DNA of 64,000 nt from an uncultured archaeon (lineage in GTDB: Archaea > Asgardarchaeota > Lokiarchaeia > Sigyniarchaeales > SOKP01), in the NCBI GenBank assembly GCA_964632315.1, contig CAZWEM010000008.1, forward strand, positions 1 through 64,000, written 5' to 3'. Under the pieces are notes generated by a model. That model ran no database searches and was not told the DNA's origin. It was given only the letters and a program-made list of their open reading frames with translations. Shown piece by piece: positions 20,597 through 29,633 of the stretch (position 1 is its first letter; each line of letters starts with the position of its first letter). Made by a program: the position numbers and the translations under genes.

Positions 20597-21871
20597 TTAG
20601 CTTTTCCTTCGTTGTTCGAGAATTTCTATGAAACTTTCGATTTGATTAGTGACTTGAGTTTCATTAAATTTTCGAGGATCGTTCATATCTGCCGTGATGA
20701 TGAGGCTGGGAATATCAAAATCGTCATATAGGTGTCGTTTTAAATCATATAACCCGCAAGAGTTCGGTCGGCATGATAAATTTTCGTGCATTAATACCCC
20801 ATCGATTTTCCAGTCTTTTACCGTCTCGGCAAATTTCTTGATACGAGTCTTCAAGTCATAAATGTACCAGAAACTCAGCATGAGCTCCGACATCGCTTCA
20901 ATTGGCTTGCTTAAAACCATTTCCTTGGTTACTTTCGGATTCATGTACTTGCTAAATGCGTACGTATATGGTTCATATACGATAATAGCCCCATACTTCT
21001 CTAAAGTGCTGAAATACTTTAGGGCGTACCAAAAGGGAATGCCTTCGAAAAGTAAACGGTATTTCTCTTCCTTAAGTGCACCGATTCCCTTGTCAACTCT
21101 TTCCTTCGCTTCCCGATACATTCTCTTGTATAATTTTATGGGAGCTTTCAACCCAGGCATGCAGAAAAGGGGAAAAAGTCCACCAAAAGTATCACGCGTT
21201 GAAATGGGGCAAGGAACATTTTTCCTCAACTCATATATCCGCTTCCATTCCTCACTAAGGTTCCACGAGTTTTCAGTGACTTTCCTCGCTTTTTCTTCCT
21301 CATACTCATGTCCAGTAACCTCTTGCATAAAGTTAATGAATTCATAGAGTTGTTCAGTGATGTATTTCTTGAAATAATTATACTGACGATTGGACGTGTT
21401 GCTTACCACGTGCGGGACGTCAATAGAATAATGCGGAACGCCAAATCTCTCAGCTTGGACTTGGAACCAATTCACATGCGTATCACATATTACATCGGTC
21501 GAGAGCATAAATGTCGGTTTCCGAGTGCCTCCTTCAGTCATTCCGGCATTGCTGAGAACGGCACCAACATTGGTTTTGAAATATGAGCAAAGATCATACG
21601 AGAATCCTTCTGCTTCAGCAATTTCAATGAAGTTTTTTGAATACTTTTGAGCTGCTGAAACAGTTGCGGAATTTTCTGGGAGCATTGGTTGCACGTCCAT
21701 TGCATAGAGCATTTCCACGGGGCTTCCCGAGGTAGCCCACGCTGTGGGCTTTCCATCGCGATATGCTTGCTCGATGGCTAAGAAATGCCTTCCCATGATG
21801 TTTTTCAGTCCTTGGGTGGCATTTAACATCTTATTATGTTGTGGTTTTGTCGTTTTTTCAGTTGTAGCCAT
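20597..21871 (-). CDS. 2-hydroxyacyl-CoA dehydratase subunit (HgdA/FldB/BcrB-like)
   Basis: PEN; DLCSY; ICD; DGV...SCRP. Confidence 0.9.
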   Translation of the reverse strand: MATTEKTTKPQHNKMLNATQGLKNIMGRHFLAIEQAYRDGKPTAWATSGSPVEMLYAMDVQPMLPENSATVSAAQKYSKNFIEIAEAEGFSYDLCSYFKTNVGAVLSNAGMTEGGTRKPTFMLSTDVICDTHVNWFQVQAERFGVPHYSIDVPHVVSNTSNRQYNYFKKYITEQLYEFINFMQEVTGHEYEEEKARKVTENSWNLSEEWKRIYELRKNVPCPISTRDTFGGLFPLFCMPGLKAPIKLYKRMYREAKERVDKGIGALKEEKYRLLFEGIPFWYALKYFSTLEKYGAIIVYEPYTYAFSKYMNPKVTKEMVLSKPIEAMSELMLSFWYIYDLKTRIKKFAETVKDWKIDGVLMHENLSCRPNSCGLYDLKRHLYDDFDIPSLIITADMNDPRKFNETQVTNQIESFIEILEQRRKS

Positions 21872-21883
21872 TTTTTTAACCTC

Positions 21884-22921
21884 CTAAATCATCTCAGCAA
21901 ATGCTGAGAAACGTGTTGATAATTGAGAATAAGATTCACGATTGTAAGTCATTTCAACAAAAAGATAGGGGATATCGAGTTCCTTAAACTTTTTTTTGAG
22001 ATAAGGATGGTCATAAAGAACAGGTTCGCAAAATTTTTGGGCAACATTGATAACCCCCGAGACCTCGTATTTTTTAGCAAGGCGCTCTAACACCTCAAAT
22101 CGTTCATAAGAGGGAAATTTAGTGGAATGAATTGGTTTTTCAAGGTGATATTTTGCGATTGCTTCTAAGGGCATCTCATTCTCATTAACTGAGTCCCAGA
22201 AATACTTGGTTCCAACTCCTAAATCATCGATAATAACATGAAAACCGAGTTTTTCAAGCAAAACCAAGAACTCTGAATCATCAATATCAGAACCTGTTAG
22301 TAAAATCGGCTTCATTCCATCTCTAAGAGAATTTTGAGCTTTTTTTAATTCATTTAGGCGTGTTGATAATAAGTCAAGTACTTCATTCTTAGGGAGTTGT
22401 TGAGCTTTTTTTACCAGTGCGTGAAATTCAGAACCTTTTATTAAATATTTAGAACGGAATTCGGATATCTCTCTTAACAATGCTCGAACCTTGTTCATTT
22501 TTTGAATTGCTTTCTCTAATTTTGAATCCGAAATTTCGACCTTAAAAGTTTCTTGTAATTGGTCTTTAAATTCGTTTAAATCATCAAGGAAGAACTTAAG
22601 TGCAAGATCATCACGTTTGCGCGGAGAATTAAGGAAATACATGAACTTGTAATCTAAACATTCAAGCCAGATATCAAACTCTCGGTTTGTACGATCGCAT
22701 CCATGACTTGAAACGATGCCAACAATGTCTTCATCCAAACCTAAAATTGCTTGCTCTAACAGATTTCGAGTCCATATGCAATGAGTTGGAGGGATATGTT
22801 CGTTTGCTTTTTCGGGTTCAATGGTAGGATCTCCAAAAAGCCTGAATGGAACAAGTCCCGCAGCCATGATGATCTCTTCGGGGGTTTCAACCCCGCTATC
22901 AAAAATCCCAATTTTTTGCAT
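21884..22921 (-). CDS. 2-hydroxyacyl-CoA dehydratase subunit (HgdB/FldC/BcrC-like)
   Basis: PEEIIMAAG; GCD; KFCEP; QLSTRFSAFAEMI. Co-oriented with 20597-21871. Confidence 0.9.
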   Translation of the reverse strand: MQKIGIFDSGVETPEEIIMAAGLVPFRLFGDPTIEPEKANEHIPPTHCIWTRNLLEQAILGLDEDIVGIVSSHGCDRTNREFDIWLECLDYKFMYFLNSPRKRDDLALKFFLDDLNEFKDQLQETFKVEISDSKLEKAIQKMNKVRALLREISEFRSKYLIKGSEFHALVKKAQQLPKNEVLDLLSTRLNELKKAQNSLRDGMKPILLTGSDIDDSEFLVLLEKLGFHVIIDDLGVGTKYFWDSVNENEMPLEAIAKYHLEKPIHSTKFPSYERFEVLERLAKKYEVSGVINVAQKFCEPVLYDHPYLKKKFKELDIPYLFVEMTYNRESYSQLSTRFSAFAEMI

Positions 22922-23047
22922 GATCCTTAATGTCAAAAAGAGTACAGTTATTATTACTTGAGAGAAGAAATCCTTTAGAATAAAAAAATATTTATATTTT
23001 TTCTACATTTTATGGCATATTCTATTAAATTCTAAAGAGTTTTCAAG

Positions 23048-23407
23048 ATGTCCCAACACACGATTTCAAGAACATTAAGCAAAGCAATCCTCAAGGATGA
23101 AGTTCGAATCAAGTTGAAGATTTGGAACACTTACTTAACTGGAAAATTGGTCAGGTTTGATAATTACATGAATTTAATCGTAGAGGATGCTAAAGAGATA
23201 TATTTTGGACGAGGAGGCAAGAGAAGTAAGGATTTAGGAACGGTTATGATACGGGGGGCATCCGTGATATTTATTGGACAGGATCGGGAAAAACTCATTT
23301 TTGCTGATAATGATGAAGATAAATTGATGCATCGAGACGAATTTGAAGAAGAAGAAGAGGAAAAAGATAAAAATAAAAAAAGCTCAAAATCTGGAGATGA
23401 AAACTAA
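23048..23407 (+). CDS. Sm-like (Lsm/SmAP) RNA-binding protein with acidic C-terminal tail
   Basis: GKLVRFDNYMNL (Sm1); LGTVMIRG (Sm2). Immediately upstream of rpl37e. Confidence 0.88.
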   Translation: MSQHTISRTLSKAILKDEVRIKLKIWNTYLTGKLVRFDNYMNLIVEDAKEIYFGRGGKRSKDLGTVMIRGASVIFIGQDREKLIFADNDEDKLMHRDEFEEEEEEKDKNKKSSKSGDEN

Positions 23408-23608
23408 ATGGGAAAAGGAACACCAAGTAAGGGGAAGAAGAATAAAGCAGCATCTCATAAAACCTGCAGAAGGTGTGGGAATCACTCTTATCATCGCCGA
23501 AAGGGATATTGTGCTAGTTGTGGCTTCGGTAGAACGGCAAAATTACGACAACCTGGTTGGCGAAATCGATACCGTCCCTTTAACGGCAATAAAGGATTTT
23601 ATCGATAA
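23408..23608 (+). CDS. rpl37e: 50S ribosomal protein L37e
   Basis: MGKGTPS.GKKN...H..CRRCG..SYH....CASCGFG. Confidence 0.97.
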   Translation: MGKGTPSKGKKNKAASHKTCRRCGNHSYHRRKGYCASCGFGRTAKLRQPGWRNRYRPFNGNKGFYR

Positions 23609-23743
23609 ACATGGCATTTTTATAGATAATTAAAAAATAGCCATTATTTATTATAGAGTTATTTCAGATAAGAAAGAACCATCAATTGAGTAATTTTTTA
23701 TTAACAGCACGTTCTTAATGTTTACCTTCAATTATAATATATA

Positions 23744-24343
23744 ATGGAAGTTAAAGAGATTGTATCAAGTGGATACAATAAAATAGCAGAATCGTATTAT
23801 GCTAATAGAGATCTAAATAAATTTGAGAGAGAATTAGAAAAATTTATCAAAATGCTTCCAGAAAATGCTCATGTTCTGGATGCGGGTTGTGGTGCTGGAA
23901 TTCCAACTGCTAAATTTTTAACAGAAAGAGGTCTTAAAGTAACCGGAATCGATATTTCCAAGAAGATGCTCGAACTGGCTAGCAAAAATGTTCCACTTGG
24001 TAATTTTTTACAAATGGATATGAATGATATTAATTTTGAACCAAACGTGTTTGATGGAATTATCTCTGTGTACTCCCTATTCCATATCCCAAAAAGAAAG
24101 CACGCTTCAATATATGAAAAATTTTATACTGTTTTAAAACCGGGAGGAAAACTCTTGATAAATACTGGAATAAACGATTCTGAGGGATTAAGCGATTTTT
24201 TCGGAGTTCCCATGTTTTGGAGTAATCTTGATCCTAAAAAGACTTTAGAAGTAATTAAAAATGTCGGGTTTGATATTGATTTCGAAGGAGTGTTGATGAG
24301 AGGGGGAGAATTTCAATATTGGATTTATGCAACCAAATTTTGA
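23744..24343 (+). CDS. class I SAM-dependent methyltransferase
   Basis: VLDAGCGAG; GIDIS; LKPGG. Confidence 0.92.
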   Translation: MEVKEIVSSGYNKIAESYYANRDLNKFERELEKFIKMLPENAHVLDAGCGAGIPTAKFLTERGLKVTGIDISKKMLELASKNVPLGNFLQMDMNDINFEPNVFDGIISVYSLFHIPKRKHASIYEKFYTVLKPGGKLLINTGINDSEGLSDFFGVPMFWSNLDPKKTLEVIKNVGFDIDFEGVLMRGGEFQYWIYATKF

Positions 24344-24402
24344 TTGAATTGATTATTATTTAAAGGGAAAAAGTTCTTACTAGGTCACAGAGCAATTAAT
24401 TA

Positions 24403-24795
24403 ATGTATGGTTTATTTTATCTCATGAATTCCTATGACATCGACATATTAAAATATGAATTGGATAGGATTTCATCAACCTTAGGAATAATTGGATGTGC
24501 TTTAGTTGAGAGAAACGGCCTTACAATCACTTCAGAACTCCCGAGAACTTTGAATGAAAAAAGTTTAGCTGCCATGACAGCGACAATGTTCGAAGCGATG
24601 GAATCTGCCATCCCTAACAAAGAAAAAATAATTTCCAATATAACGGTTGAGTATGAAGACTATGAAATTTTCATAACTAAAGTAAATGGCCAAGTTTTAT
24701 TTATCGGTTTAATTGAGTATAACATCGATTTGGGATTAATTTTGATAGAAATTGAAGAATTTGTAACTAAAATTTCACAATTATTGGAGAATTAA
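24403..24795 (+). CDS. roadblock/LC7 domain protein
   Basis: GIIGCALVERNGLTITSELP...LAAMTATM...NIDLGLILIE. Confidence 0.85.
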   Translation: MYGLFYLMNSYDIDILKYELDRISSTLGIIGCALVERNGLTITSELPRTLNEKSLAAMTATMFEAMESAIPNKEKIISNITVEYEDYEIFITKVNGQVLFIGLIEYNIDLGLILIEIEEFVTKISQLLEN

Positions 24796-24797
24796 TC

Positions 24798-25550
24798 ATG
24801 TTAACTGAAGAACAAAAAGAAAGATATTCCAGACAGATAAAATCTCCTTCCATAGGTGAGGAAGGCCAGGAAAAATTAAGTAAAGTGAGAGTGCTTCAGA
24901 TAGGGGTTGGGGGATTAGGTTCTCCCTTTTCCTTATATCTCGTAGCTTCTGGCATTAAAGAATTGACGATTGTTGATAATGATACCGTTTCAATTTCAAA
25001 CCTGCAAAGGCAAATATTATACGATGAAACTCAAGTCGGTCAAAACAAGGTCGACATTGCTTTCGAAACATTATCTAAGCTTAATTCAAACGTGGAGCTT
25101 AAAATCTATAAAGAGTATGTCAATGATGAAACTATTTTGAACTTCTATGACGGACAAGACTTCATTGTGGACTGTAGTGATAACATGAAAACTAAATTCC
25201 TTGTAAACAAGACAGCAATCAACACGAGGACAAAATGTGTAATAGCAGGTATCAAAGATTTCTATGGCCAGATAATGACAATCATTCCAGGAAAAACCGC
25301 ATGTTATGAGTGCGTTTTTAATGAACCTGAGGAAGAAAAAGGACGAAAAAATCCTTTACCAGTTATAGGCGTCACGCCAGGGATTCTTGGAACTTTAGAA
25401 GCGTTGGAAGTCATAAAAACCACTTTAGGATTACCAAACCTGGAAAATAGGCTTCTCATGGTTAACTTATTGAACTTATCTTTTGATATGATTGACGTAG
25501 TTAGGAATGAAAAATGTAGTTGTTCAAATTCCTTATCGACTAATAAATAG
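24798..25550 (+). CDS. HesA/MoeB/ThiF (E1-like) adenylyltransferase
   Basis: ERYSRQ; GVGGLG; SNLQRQ; DCSDN; CYEC...CSC. Confidence 0.92.
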   Translation: MLTEEQKERYSRQIKSPSIGEEGQEKLSKVRVLQIGVGGLGSPFSLYLVASGIKELTIVDNDTVSISNLQRQILYDETQVGQNKVDIAFETLSKLNSNVELKIYKEYVNDETILNFYDGQDFIVDCSDNMKTKFLVNKTAINTRTKCVIAGIKDFYGQIMTIIPGKTACYECVFNEPEEEKGRKNPLPVIGVTPGILGTLEALEVIKTTLGLPNLENRLLMVNLLNLSFDMIDVVRNEKCSCSNSLSTNK

Positions 25551-25579
25551 GAGATAAAAAAAAGAAAGTTTTGATTAAA

Positions 25580-26107
25580 TTACATCCATTTTTTAGTAAT
25601 GAGAGCACAGATACATCCATAGAAAAAGCCATTTACTACTCCAGCAAAGATCAAGTTAACAATTCCGCCTATAGCACCATAATCCCCTAACAATCCCGAC
25701 CAAACTAAATAAAGATATGATGATGTTGCTTGCCCAACACCTAAAAACACAGCATATAGACAACAAGAAATAAATGCCGTTACAAACCATGCTCCGAATC
25801 CTGTAAATTGATTATCACCTATGAATGCAGCCACAATCAGTGATACAATAGGAGGGATAATTAACCCTAAGAAAACCATCCAAACCGTGAGAGAAGCAGG
25901 GTCAGACATAAGTGCGACTATACCGCTATCAATCCACGCTGCACCTGGATAAACTGTGATAGGCGCAAAAATCGAAGCAACGATATACCAAACATCGGTT
26001 GCTGGAAATCCAGAAACTGTAAACATTGCAATCAACGCAAAAACAGTATTCAAAACTAAATAAATAACAATTGTAATAATAAAAGTTTTCCAGAAATTCA
26101 TTTTCAT
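25580..26107 (-). CDS. hypothetical multi-pass membrane protein
   Basis: 4-5 hydrophobic segments. Confidence 0.75.
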   Translation of the reverse strand: MKMNFWKTFIITIVIYLVLNTVFALIAMFTVSGFPATDVWYIVASIFAPITVYPGAAWIDSGIVALMSDPASLTVWMVFLGLIIPPIVSLIVAAFIGDNQFTGFGAWFVTAFISCCLYAVFLGVGQATSSYLYLVWSGLLGDYGAIGGIVNLIFAGVVNGFFYGCICALITKKWM

Positions 26108-26277
26108 TTTACTCTTTTTTTATGTTTTAAATAAAACAGATTTCTATATACTTCTTTTATCTTTCTCGATATATAAATATTTTAGAAGATAAGTGATAAA
26201 TTATTTAGAAAAAATTGGTTACTGAAGATAAGTAAGAAAATCTTATTAATTTAAATTAAAAAATAGGGATTTAATTT

Positions 26278-26829
26278 TTAATAGTCGGGGTTCTCTTTGA
26301 AAAATTTCTTGAAAATCCGTCCATTTTCAGCGTAAGTTCCCGAAGTTTTTGCTCCTATTGGTTTACCTGATTTTGATAATTTCTTTTTAACCTCAGCAGG
26401 AACTCCTACTGCTAAAGTTCTGGAAGGAATCTCTTTATTAACCAAAACAGCACCAGCACCGATCATTGAGCCTTCACCCATCTTTGTACGATGCAAAACA
26501 TTAGCGTCAATTCCAACTAGGCATCCATCCGAGATCTTACAAGGACCATGTATCATAGCGTGATGGCCTATAATGCAATTGTCTCCGATTTCTACAGTAG
26601 AATTCACTTCATTATGGATCGCCACGTGTTCCTGGATGCTTGTATTTTTACCAATGATGATTGTACCCCAATCTCCTCTTAAAACTGCTCCAAACCAAAT
26701 ATTAGAGCCTTCACCAATCGTGACATCACCAATGATTGTTGCATTAGGGGCAATGAATACTGAATTGTGGATTTGAGGAACTTTTCCAGTCCTAGGACTC
26801 GGTATAATTATTGGTTTCATGTTTACCAC
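26278..26829 (-). CDS. gamma-carbonic anhydrase family protein
   Basis: Hexapeptide repeats; IWFGAVLRGD; IGHHAMIHG. Confidence 0.92.
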   Translation of the reverse strand: MVNMKPIIIPSPRTGKVPQIHNSVFIAPNATIIGDVTIGEGSNIWFGAVLRGDWGTIIIGKNTSIQEHVAIHNEVNSTVEIGDNCIIGHHAMIHGPCKISDGCLVGIDANVLHRTKMGEGSMIGAGAVLVNKEIPSRTLAVGVPAEVKKKLSKSGKPIGAKTSGTYAENGRIFKKFFKENPDY

Positions 26830-26866
26830 TTGTAAGTAAATATGACTTGATTAAAAAATTCAAAGC

Positions 26867-28546
26867 CTAATTATAATAACCTGAATCTTCAAGCATTTTT
26901 TTATGGTCAAATGCTAGTTTTAGTTTTTTTAATTCCTCTTTCGAAATTAAAAATACCTCTGCACTATCATCTCCACTTTTCATTTTCTCTTTTCCACCTA
27001 TTATCTTACACTTATATGCCGTAGAGTGCACATTTCCTCGTGGATCTCTCCCTGGATCGTTATAAACTCCAACCTTAGTTTGGATTTTAACGTCTAAATT
27101 CGTTTCTTCTTTGATTTCCCTAATTAAAGCTTGTTTTGGGGTCTCTCCCTTTTCCACGCCACCTCCTGGTAAAGCAAAATAATCTTTATACGGGGGATAT
27201 TTTCTTTTTATCAGCACGACATTGCCATCATCATCTTCAATAATCGCATCAACGGCGTATTGGATTTGGGTTTTATTCCTCATAACTCTCGCATAAATAT
27301 AATAAGTGACAGTGACCACTAAGATCCCGATGATGATGAGACCAATAACGCTATTTAGTAATGTTGCAAGAGTATCACCTTCTTGTAGTGTAAGAGCAAC
27401 CATTATAACACCTGCTAAGTCTGCTAAAATACCAGCTCCAAAAAGAAGGTTTAAGAGATTTAACCCCCTTTCAGTACGTTTTTGATTCTGCTCACTCTGT
27501 TTTTGATATAAGTCTTGGATAGCTTCATAAATCGTTTCAAACTTGTTATTTATTCTTTCAACAATACCATTTATATCAAATTCATTTAAAAGGTATTTCA
27601 AGACCTTGGTATAATGTTCTCTTCTGTTATAATCAAGCTCATTATAGATCACGCTGAGTCTTGTTTGTATTAAACCACGCAATAATCTTAAATTCTTTAT
27701 CTTTTCTTCAATATAGTCTAAGTTTTCAAAAACATCTGTTTGAGACTTCAAGAATAAAAGGTCTAATGATTCATTTATGGATCTTAATGAAAATTGGACA
27801 GCCCTCATTTTTGGAGTTGGTTCGAGCACATATCTTATCATGTAGGATGAGAAAAATTGTTCATAATTATCTTCGGCCATGTAGATAAAACCCGAATTTC
27901 GGCGAATAAAATGTAATTCAGAAAGCCTATTAGAAAGGTTTCCCCGAATCCTTCGAGTGTATAGATCATCAGAATAATCTGGCCACTGTCCGGAGTAAAT
28001 AACCGTCCAATAAGAGATAACTTTCTTGTACTTTTCGATATTTTCAGTTGTCCAGTCTATGTTCATGGGTCTACTACCATTTGAAGTCGCAAAAATGTAG
28101 AGTGGACTTTCTAAATCCATGAGAATTCCTCTATATTCCTCCCTTTTTGACAACTCGATCAAAACTCCAAGGACGAGATAAGGTATTTGTTGAAGGATCA
28201 TTGGATCCATGACTTGCTTTTTGGCAGGATCATCTGGAAAATGATCAACATCAAATTGAAAATAACCTAAAATGTTAAAGCCTCGATCAGAATTTTCATC
28301 TTGATAAGGGAAATTTTCAACATAAGGAACCCAAAAGCATTCAATATTTGTGTTTTGAGCAACTTCTATTATTTTATCCTTGAAATCTTTCCTATAAATA
28401 TCCCTTTCAGATAGTGTATTGAATTTATGCTTAACTGCGCTCTCGATTTCTTTGCTAATTTGATCTCCATCTACCAAACTTGAATTTATGAATGCACTTA
28501 CATAATAAAAAACATCCTTTAGTAAAAATTGTAGATTTTCCGTCAA
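26867..28546 (-). CDS. membrane protein: large N-terminal domain + helical stalk + 2 TM + ADP-ribose pyrophosphatase-type NUDIX
   Basis: Nudix box GGVEKGETPKQALIREIKEETNL; RDPR and LAFDH motifs; two TM helices before the NUDIX domain. Confidence 0.85.
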   Translation of the reverse strand: MTENLQFLLKDVFYYVSAFINSSLVDGDQISKEIESAVKHKFNTLSERDIYRKDFKDKIIEVAQNTNIECFWVPYVENFPYQDENSDRGFNILGYFQFDVDHFPDDPAKKQVMDPMILQQIPYLVLGVLIELSKREEYRGILMDLESPLYIFATSNGSRPMNIDWTTENIEKYKKVISYWTVIYSGQWPDYSDDLYTRRIRGNLSNRLSELHFIRRNSGFIYMAEDNYEQFFSSYMIRYVLEPTPKMRAVQFSLRSINESLDLLFLKSQTDVFENLDYIEEKIKNLRLLRGLIQTRLSVIYNELDYNRREHYTKVLKYLLNEFDINGIVERINNKFETIYEAIQDLYQKQSEQNQKRTERGLNLLNLLFGAGILADLAGVIMVALTLQEGDTLATLLNSVIGLIIIGILVVTVTYYIYARVMRNKTQIQYAVDAIIEDDDGNVVLIKRKYPPYKDYFALPGGGVEKGETPKQALIREIKEETNLDVKIQTKVGVYNDPGRDPRGNVHSTAYKCKIIGGKEKMKSGDDSAEVFLISKEELKKLKLAFDHKKMLEDSGYYN

Positions 28547-28668
28547 TTCTCACACTTCTAATAAATAATAATTATAATTTTATTCTAATCTTCCTTTCCA
28601 TAAAAGTAATATGCTCTTGCGTCTTATATATATGCAAAGATCAGCAAATTGTGAATGAATGAACATTG

Positions 28669-29610
28669 ATGGATACTGATTTATCAAAAGAGATCGAATT
28701 GTTGAAGAAGCAAAATGATGTAACGATATTAGCACATTATTATCAATCCATTGAAATCCAAAGGATTGCAGATTATCTTGGAGATTCATTAGGATTATCG
28801 CGTATAGCAAAAGATAAAGCAAATACCAAATATATTATTTTTGCTGGCGTTGATTTCATGGCAGAAACGGCATCAATTTTGAACCAAAAGAAACATGTCA
28901 TACTGCCAAATCCTGAATCCTGCTGTCCCATGGCAGCTTTCCTAGACCCTGAAAAAGTAAAACTTTATAGAAAGGAACATCCCAATTTACCCGTTGTTAC
29001 CTATGTTAATAGCACTGCAGCGGTAAAAGCGGAATCTGACGTTTGTTGCACCTCATCTAACGCTGTTAAAATCGTGAAAAAAATATCCAAGGAATTTGGA
29101 ACCGAAGCAGTATTATTTGGACCAGATAGCAACCTAGCTGATTATGCTGAGCAAAAATCGGGGATCAAATGCATTAAAATGCCCGAGAATGGACATTGCT
29201 ACGTGCATTCTCAAATTACAATGGATGATTTTAGAAATGCAAAAGAGAATCATCCTGATGGGTTAGTTTTAGTTCACCCAGAATGTAAAAGAGAGGTAAG
29301 GGATGTTGCGGATTTCGTTGGTTCTACTGCACAAATGTATAATAGAGTCAAAAACGCATCGAAACAAGAAAAAACTTTTATTATAGGAACCGAGATGGGA
29401 TTATTAGAGAGGATGGCTGAAGATTTTCCTCAAAAAAACTATTATTCAATACGAGAAGGGCTTATTTGTTATAACATGAAGAAGCATACCATAGAATTAA
29501 TCAAATACGTGCTTGAAAACTTAGATGATAAGAATTTTGAAGTTAAAGTTCCCGAAGAAATTGCTAAAAAAGCCTTAAAACCAATTGAAAAAATGTTGAA
29601 ATTATCGTGA
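28669..29610 (+). CDS. nadA: quinolinate synthase
   Basis: ILAHYYQ; GDSL; GVDFMAE; CPMA; YVNS; CTSSNA; CYVH; HPEC; GST; C.NMK. Confidence 0.96.
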   Translation: MDTDLSKEIELLKKQNDVTILAHYYQSIEIQRIADYLGDSLGLSRIAKDKANTKYIIFAGVDFMAETASILNQKKHVILPNPESCCPMAAFLDPEKVKLYRKEHPNLPVVTYVNSTAAVKAESDVCCTSSNAVKIVKKISKEFGTEAVLFGPDSNLADYAEQKSGIKCIKMPENGHCYVHSQITMDDFRNAKENHPDGLVLVHPECKREVRDVADFVGSTAQMYNRVKNASKQEKTFIIGTEMGLLERMAEDFPQKNYYSIREGLICYNMKKHTIELIKYVLENLDDKNFEVKVPEEIAKKALKPIEKMLKLS

Positions 29611-29633
29611 TTTTTTCACTTTGTATAAAACAA

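Noticed and set aside
23343-23633. 96-aa ORF overlapping rpl37e
   Set aside because: Alternative frame of a clear ribosomal protein gene.
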